The translations under genes were made by a program, and so were the position numbers. A model generated the notes under the pieces. That model was not told where the DNA came from, made no database searches, and was given only the letters and a program-made list of their open reading frames with translations. This document shows, piece by piece, positions 27,157-32,000 of a stretch of 32,000 nucleotides of DNA. This stretch comes from Candidatus Electronema aureum (GTDB lineage Bacteria > Desulfobacterota > Desulfobulbia > Desulfobulbales > Desulfobulbaceae). Positions within the stretch are counted from its first letter, which is position 1; each line of letters starts with the position of its first letter. The DNA lies in the NCBI GenBank assembly GCA_004284765.1, contig NQJD01000004.1:1-32000 (forward strand). The letters run 5' to 3'.

Positions 27157-27977
27157 ACTGGTAAGGAAAACAATTTTTCCGCATTAAGGGTAGTCTGTCG
27201 GGCAATTTCATCTAAGGACAAGCCTTTCAGCGTGGCCACCGCAGCAGCCGTATGTAGCAAATATTCAGGCCGGTTACATTTACCCCGGAAAGGTACAGGC
27301 GCAAGAAATGGCCCATCGGTTTCTAACAACAGCCGGTCTATTGGTACTTCCCGTACCACCTGCTGCATAGTTTCTGCTTTCTTAAAAGTGATAACTCCGG
27401 GGATAGAAAGATAAAAATTCAGCTCCAGCACTTGTCGGGCTAAGTTGGTGTCGCCGGAAAAACAGTGCATCACTCCGCCCGCCGGAAACGGCCCTTTGTC
27501 CCGAAGCAAGCGCATAGTATCCTCGTGCGCCTCGCGGTCGTGGATGATGAGCGGCAGACGCAGTTCTTTGGCTAAATCAAGCTGGCGAGCAAAGACGGCA
27601 AGCTGAACATCAACTAGCGCGTATTTTTTGGCATAATCAAGGCCGATTTCACCAAAACCCACTACCTTGGGTTTGGCTGCTAACTCCGCAAGTTGACGAA
27701 AAACTGCTTCATCTGCCGCTGCTGCATCATGGGGATGAATGCCGATTGAAGCATAAACGCCCTCGTATTGCGCGGCTAATTCCACAGCTCGGCGCGAACT
27801 GGCCAAATCAATGCCGATAGTGATGATGCGGGTCACACCGCAGCGGCGAGCCGTGGCAATGACTTCTTCTAAATCAGCCTGATAATCGGCCATGTCCAAA
27901 TGACAGTGGGTATCAACCAAGCTATATCCGGGCGTAAGCTTAGTTTGCGGGCGGACCTGCAATTGCAGGTTAAACAT
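27153..27977 (-). CDS. TatD-family metal-dependent hydrolase
   Basis: LVDTHCHLDM, GEIGLDY, PLIIHDREAHED, VMHCFSG and LLLETDGPFLAP motifs. I moved the start to the ATG at 27977 (gagga 5 nt upstream) rather than the TTG at 28004. The stop overlaps the yggS start. Confidence 0.9.
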   Translation of the reverse strand: MFNLQLQVRPQTKLTPGYSLVDTHCHLDMADYQADLEEVIATARRCGVTRIITIGIDLASSRRAVELAAQYEGVYASIGIHPHDAAAADEAVFRQLAELAAKPKVVGFGEIGLDYAKKYALVDVQLAVFARQLDLAKELRLPLIIHDREAHEDTMRLLRDKGPFPAGGVMHCFSGDTNLARQVLELNFYLSIPGVITFKKAETMQQVVREVPIDRLLLETDGPFLAPVPFRGKCNRPEYLLHTAAAVATLKGLSLDEIARQTTLNAEKLFSLPV

Positions 27978-28120
27978 GATGTTCCTCGTGATTGGTGGCG
28001 GCAAGCTGCTGCTCTGCCATCTTTTGTTTCAGCTCATCGAAGATGACATTTGGAGATTTATTAACTACTACAATGATCACTTATAGTTCACCGTGTGCCC
28101 CACACTGTGCGTTCCTTGTT

Positions 28121-29152
28121 TTACCATGTCCGTTCTCCTTTGATCTTTTGTTTCAGCGCGGCAATCCGCGCCAAAGAAGCCTTGAGGCGATTTTCATCAA
28201 TCAGGCCGCGTTTCAGCAGCTCCTGAACAGCCGCTATTCCTTCAGTCAGCGCATTTGGGCTGCGGACTAAGTTATTCCCCACGATCAGTAAATCAGCACC
28301 GGCGAGTACCGCCTGCTGCACAGCTTCGCGAAATCCGCAGCGGTTGCTGATTGCCTTCATTTGAAGATCATCAGTGATGATCACTCCGTCAAAGCCCAGT
28401 CGCTCACGCAATAGTTCCGTGACCACCGCAGGCGAGAGACTCGCAGGCTGTCTCTTCGCATCCAAGCCGCAGTGTATCACATGGGCAGTCATCACCGCAT
28501 CAGCAAAGCCTGCTTTTATTACGATTTTATACGGCTCCAACTCCTGTTCCTGCCAATCATTGGTGATATCAACAAAACCGAGATGTGTGTCGCCGCTTGC
28601 ACTGCCGTGGCCAGGAAAATGCTTGAGACAACAGGCAATTCCGTGCTGGTGATGGGCTTTGATAAAAGCTAAACAGTGGGCAGCGACCTGCCCCGCTTCG
28701 CTGCTGAAGCTGCGTCCGTAGCGGGCAATAATCGGACTGGATAGGTTCAAGTTTAAATCCGCTACTGGCGCGAGATTCAGATTAATACCGTACTCTGCCA
28801 ACGTGGTCGCCATTGCCTCAGCAGCAAGCGTGGTTGACTGTTCTGGATACTTTCTACCCAGTTCTTCTGCCGTAAAGCTGGTAGGAAAACCGTCTCGCGC
28901 CTTCAATCTGCATACTTTTCCACCTTCTTGATCAACCGCAACAAGCAGTAATTCTGGAGAAAGCTCTTGCAGCTGGGCAGTCAATTCTTTCAGTTGGGCG
29001 GGTGAGCTGAAGTTTTGCACAGAGCCGTCAACATTGCGGTCGAAGAGGATCACTCCGCCGGGCAAACCTTGCTCAAGAGCTGCGGTCAGCCAATGGTTGC
29101 GATCAAGGCCACAACCGTCAAAGCCAACGAGAAACATCTGGCCGATATTCAT
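28121..29152 (-). CDS. nagZ: Beta-N-acetylhexosaminidase, glycoside hydrolase family 3 (NagZ-like)
   Basis: GQMFLVGFDG, VDQEGGKVCRL, KHFPGHGSASGDTH and VIITDDLQM motifs; 343 aa. Confidence 0.88.
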   Translation of the reverse strand: MNIGQMFLVGFDGCGLDRNHWLTAALEQGLPGGVILFDRNVDGSVQNFSSPAQLKELTAQLQELSPELLLVAVDQEGGKVCRLKARDGFPTSFTAEELGRKYPEQSTTLAAEAMATTLAEYGINLNLAPVADLNLNLSSPIIARYGRSFSSEAGQVAAHCLAFIKAHHQHGIACCLKHFPGHGSASGDTHLGFVDITNDWQEQELEPYKIVIKAGFADAVMTAHVIHCGLDAKRQPASLSPAVVTELLRERLGFDGVIITDDLQMKAISNRCGFREAVQQAVLAGADLLIVGNNLVRSPNALTEGIAAVQELLKRGLIDENRLKASLARIAALKQKIKGERTW

Positions 29153-29412
29153 GAGAAGTTATTGAAAAATAAAGATAACACGTCAGCGTGAACGATCGAT
29201 CCAGTTTTCCAACTGTAATTCTATCAATGCGCGCAAATTCTTTGATCGCTGATAAAAACTTTCGCTGTTGTTTTTTTCATACGCATTTCCTGGGTAATAC
29301 TGAACTGTGTGAAGATATATATATAATATATATACCAAATAGTGCAATTTGTCAAACATCCTTACGTGCTACAGCAACAATACGCTGTATAAAAACTACT
29401 CGTTTCAGATTG

Positions 29413-29437
29413 AAACTGAGTAATAAATACTCAGTTT
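29413..29437. promoter_or_regulatory. Perfect 10-bp inverted repeat AAACTGAGTA-N5-TACTCAGTTT; candidate upstream activator or operator site
   Basis: Read directly in the 560-bp AT-rich divergent intergenic region. It lies about 117-140 bp upstream of the sigma54-like element at 29554. Confidence 0.3.
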
Positions 29438-29553
29438 GTATGGAACGAGAAACGTTCTCATTGTCAATTAGAATTAATATAATTGAAATATATTAATAAA
29501 AACAATATATTATCTGTATAGGTATCACAAAAACAATATTTACCAAAAAAACA

Positions 29554-29567
29554 GGTACAGTTTTCGC
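29554..29567 (+). promoter_or_regulatory. Possible sigma54 -24/-12 promoter element
   Basis: GGTACAGTTTTCGC has the GG-N10-GC spacing of the TGGCAC-N5-TTGC consensus. It departs from the core consensus at two positions (T for C in the -24 element, C for T in the -12 element). It lies about 147 nt upstream of the ATG at 29714. Confidence 0.3.
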
Positions 29568-29713
29568 ATAGAAGGACGGGCAGGCAAAGCAACCGGCCTG
29601 TCCTATCATCTTACTGCGGAAAAAATCTCTGACGTTTTTCCAGCACATTTTACAAATGAAAGGCGCAACAGCAGCCTTTTCACGCTTAATACTCTTTTTG
29701 GAGAAAAGAAACC

Positions 29714-30601
29714 ATGAAGCATCAACCTGCATCAAAACGCTTTTTTTATCTACTGACAGCGGCGATGACGCTGTTTTGCTCAGAAGTATCAGCAAATGCT
29801 TCTGCTCAGGATGTCAATGAGCTTGATGACATTTGCATGTACTCGCAGCGCATTCTTAAAGATTACGCCCTGATTGGCATGGGTGTGACCTATCATGATC
29901 CCAAGAAAGATATCGACGAGAACATCAAGACGATCGATAAGTACTTCAAGGATATCGAAAGTCACAAATTGAATGAGAAGTTAAAAGCTGAGGTAGTTGA
30001 GGTTGAAAAATCTTGGAATGAGATCAAACCAGAATTCCAGAATGCCCCTGACAAGGCAAAAATGAGCGAGTTGCGCAAGAAGGTTGAGGCATATACCGTT
30101 CGCTGCGAGCAGGTTGCTGAAGATTTGGCTAAAGACACTGGCATCAAGGGCGAGCATGATGTAGTGCTGGTTGCAGAACTTGGTTTGGAATCACAACGTT
30201 TAGCTGCTCTGTATCTGATGAAAGCGTGGGGTGTTGCTGATGCCAACTACGAGCAGGAAGTAACGCAGACTGTCGATGAGACCGAAAGAATCTACAAAGA
30301 GTTGCTGGCAGCTGATGACAAGCTCGTTTCTAAAGAAATCAAAGAAAAGCTGAAAACGACTGAAAATGATTTTATTGCCTTCGGGGTGATGGCAAAAAGC
30401 AAATCAGGTCGTTTCATGCCTTCGGCAGCTGAGGAAAACGCCAGCAAGATTTTTGAAGCACTGCGGGAAATCTTGGCTATGGAGAAAAAATTAGTTGAAG
30501 GCAATGTTTCAGGATATTTCATTCCTGTAGCGGGCGAAAAGGCCATTCTTTTCGATAAATTCACCGTAATCTTGCAGGCAAAGGAGGAGGAGACAGTATG
30601 A
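29714..30601 (+). CDS. Secreted all-alpha protein with two internal PilJ/NarX-type four-helix-bundle-like repeats
   Basis: Signal peptide MKHQPASKRFFYLLTAAMTLFCSEVSANASA. Internal repeat signatures SQRILKDYALIGMGV and SQRLAALYLMKAWGV. No TM segment or output domain. A ggag sits upstream of the ATG. Confidence 0.7.
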   Translation: MKHQPASKRFFYLLTAAMTLFCSEVSANASAQDVNELDDICMYSQRILKDYALIGMGVTYHDPKKDIDENIKTIDKYFKDIESHKLNEKLKAEVVEVEKSWNEIKPEFQNAPDKAKMSELRKKVEAYTVRCEQVAEDLAKDTGIKGEHDVVLVAELGLESQRLAALYLMKAWGVADANYEQEVTQTVDETERIYKELLAADDKLVSKEIKEKLKTTENDFIAFGVMAKSKSGRFMPSAAEENASKIFEALREILAMEKKLVEGNVSGYFIPVAGEKAILFDKFTVILQAKEEETV

Positions 30602-31389
30602 AAAAAATTTCTCTCAAGGCATGGGCAGCAGTTGCCCTGTGTTGCGCAATGAGCGCAGGCAATGCAGCAGCAGATGTAAATCAGCAAGAGCTGGATATGC
30701 TGCAAACTGCTAAAAATGTAGAGATCGCCAGCCAGAAGATCACCAAAGCGTATTTCTACAAGCAGTTGGATATTCGCGCCGATCATGCAGGTAAGGATTT
30801 ACAGGACAGCATTGCTCAGATCAAACGCGACATTCTCACACTCCATGAAGGCATTAAGGGCAACGACAAGGAAGCAAAAAACATCGCAGTATTTCTTTCC
30901 TATACCCGTGATGAATTAGACAAAACAATAACTAAGCCCTACAGTAAGGAAGTTGGTGCGCTGATGATTGACTTCAGCGAATCCTTGCTTGAAGGTGCTG
31001 ATTTCCTGTCCACTCGGCACAGTAAAGATAAAGGACCAGAAGCAAAGATGCTGGCGGAAGTTGAGCGGCTGCTGTTTCTGTTAGAGCGGGTGAATAAATA
31101 CTACATCATCCACAAAGCTGGTTTCAAAGACTACAACAACGTGGTTCAGTTAGAGAAAGCAGTACAGGATTTTGAGGTCAGCTTGGCTAAGGTCAACGCT
31201 TACGGCGGTTATCCTGACGAAACCAAGGAAAGCGTTACCAAAATCAATCAGTTTTGGCCAGTGGCTAAAGAGTTTTACCTTGGTGTGCAACAGAATGCTT
31301 TACCGGTGATTGTGCTTGCATCCACTGATAAGCTGGAGAAGGAAGTGAGAACTTTGGAGAGCTTTCATCAGAGTCAAGTCGTGAAGTAA
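30598..31389 (+). CDS. Secreted all-alpha protein, paralogue of the upstream gene
   Basis: Signal peptide MKKISLKAWAAVALCCAMSAGNAAA and the same two-repeat helical layout (ASQKITKAYFYKQL, LERVNKYYIIHKAG). The ATG overlaps the upstream stop (ATGA), with aggaggagg upstream. Confidence 0.7.
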   Translation: MKKISLKAWAAVALCCAMSAGNAAADVNQQELDMLQTAKNVEIASQKITKAYFYKQLDIRADHAGKDLQDSIAQIKRDILTLHEGIKGNDKEAKNIAVFLSYTRDELDKTITKPYSKEVGALMIDFSESLLEGADFLSTRHSKDKGPEAKMLAEVERLLFLLERVNKYYIIHKAGFKDYNNVVQLEKAVQDFEVSLAKVNAYGGYPDETKESVTKINQFWPVAKEFYLGVQQNALPVIVLASTDKLEKEVRTLESFHQSQVVK

Positions 31390-31414
31390 ATTTCCAAAAA
31401 AAAGGAAAAGAAAA

Positions 31415-31441
31415 GGCCGGGAACTTGCGCAGTTCCCGGCC
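31415..31441. terminator. Bidirectional rho-independent terminator
   Basis: ggccgggaact (31415-31425) pairs with agttcccggcc (31431-31441) around a 5-nt loop. An A-run lies 5' and ttttctttg 3'. It sits between the convergent stops at 31389 and 31465. Confidence 0.85.
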
Positions 31442-31464
31442 TTTTCTTTGTCTATTTTCCCGCT

Positions 31465-31779
31465 TCAGCCTTTGCTTTTCATCTCTTTCATGATGATGAG
31501 TCCCACTTTGAATTTAGGTTCCTCTTCTTTTTTGACGATGCTGTAAAACTCGCAGGTATGGCAGTCGCTACAAAATTTCTCAATGTAAGAACCTTGTGCA
31601 TTCGCACCCTTGCAGAGGGTTCCTGCAATAACCCAGCAGCAGCGACCTCCATTCTTTCCCTCATGAATGCCATCTGCCCGCTGCTCACCTGCCGCTGGGC
31701 AAACTCCGAACTCGGCGGCCTTTGGTCCACCTATCTCCCGCCCGCATTGTTTGACTTCCCAGCAATTCTTCTTGTCCAT
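31465..31779 (-). CDS. Two-CW domain cysteine-rich protein
   Basis: 104 aa: KNCWEVKQCGRE...GVCPA...GGRCCWVIAGTLC...FCSDCHTCEFY, that is, two CW motifs and 11 Cys. This matches the two-CW domain family as I remember it. gaaggag lies 5 nt upstream of the ATG. Confidence 0.75.
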   Translation of the reverse strand: MDKKNCWEVKQCGREIGGPKAAEFGVCPAAGEQRADGIHEGKNGGRCCWVIAGTLCKGANAQGSYIEKFCSDCHTCEFYSIVKKEEEPKFKVGLIIMKEMKSKG

Positions 31780-31863
31780 TGATGCTCCTTCTCTATAAAT
31801 TCAAAAGGGATTGTTTCTTGGTTTCATAATGTGATTAAAACTGCGCTTTCTCTTCTTATCTAT

Positions 31864-31895
31864 TTGATAAATTTTCAATTTTTGAATTTTATCAA
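31864..31895. promoter_or_regulatory. Nested AT-rich imperfect palindrome upstream of the two-CW gene
   Basis: TTGATAAA (31864-71) pairs with TTTATCAA (31888-95), and the inner TTCAA (31874-78) pairs with TTGAA (31882-86). There is a one-nucleotide asymmetry. It lies 85-115 nt upstream of the ATG at 31779. Confidence 0.3.
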
Positions 31896-31907
31896 CTGCT
31901 AAAAAAT

Positions 31908-31927
31908 AAGGGCGAAAAATCGCCCTT
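31908..31927 (-). terminator. Rho-independent terminator for the gene entering from the right edge
   Basis: The minus strand reads aagggcga-tttt-tcgccctt followed by attttttag, 15 nt after a minus-strand TAA at 31943-31945. Confidence 0.7.
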
Positions 31928-31942
31928 ACCCGTACACCATCA

Positions 31943-32000
31943 TTATTTTACTGGCTTAACTAACTTATCGACATAGACAAACGTAGCTTCGTCGCCTGTT
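31943..32000 (-). CDS. 3' end of an unidentified gene truncated by the window edge
   Basis: The open minus-strand frame reads ...TGDEATFVYVDKLVKPVK*, followed by a strong terminator. It is too short to identify. Confidence 0.3.
   Translation of the reverse strand, partial: TGDEATFVYVDKLVKPVK

Noticed and set aside
29188-29795. Two ORFs (102 aa on the plus strand, 100 aa on the minus strand) in the nagZ-proximal intergenic region
   Set aside because: They lie in AT-rich non-coding-looking DNA, have no SD, and are rich in Ile/Phe/Asn/Lys as expected by chance. The minus-strand ORF overlaps the signal-peptide region of the gene at 29714.

Overview
This is a chromosomal window with about 55-65% GC (hand counts on sample lines only). 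It consists mostly of tightly packed housekeeping and envelope genes. The gene families present (two-CW, PxxKW, a short GalT-like HIT enzyme, and a DUF2339/DUF3999 pair) suggest a Desulfobacterota-type genome; this is inference, not a search result.

Plus-strand block, 627-12155: dxs heads an overlapping six-gene operon (HxH hydrolase-like protein, SDR epimerase/dehydratase, SAM methyltransferase, GT4 glycosyltransferase, GlpD-like FAD oxidoreductase). A translationally coupled DUF2339/DUF3999 membrane pair follows.

Minus-strand block, 15601-29152: sppA, a CheY-like receiver, galT-like, dksA-like, moaC, dnaJ, rpoZ, purA, an IHF subunit, pilC, ugd, yggS, a TatD-family gene and nagZ. A small plus-strand PxxKW gene lies between pilC and ugd.

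Right end: two tandem secreted helical paralogues and a convergent two-CW cysteine-rich protein.

The standout feature is a roughly 2.5 kb AT-rich insertion at 12144-14651, about 30% GC. It is bounded by a 40-bp imperfect direct repeat that duplicates the 3' end of the DUF3999 gene and leaves a displaced relic C-terminus. It has no recombinase. It carries two uncharacterised genes: a small helical protein with an (EKTL)3 repeat, and a 530-aa protein with three TM segments, a long coiled coil and a fourth TM segment, which looks DUF4407-like. A decayed IS with intact 18-bp terminal inverted repeats sits directly after the relic stop codon.

No rRNA, tRNA or CRISPR array was seen. All family assignments come from motif recognition by eye; no database search was run.
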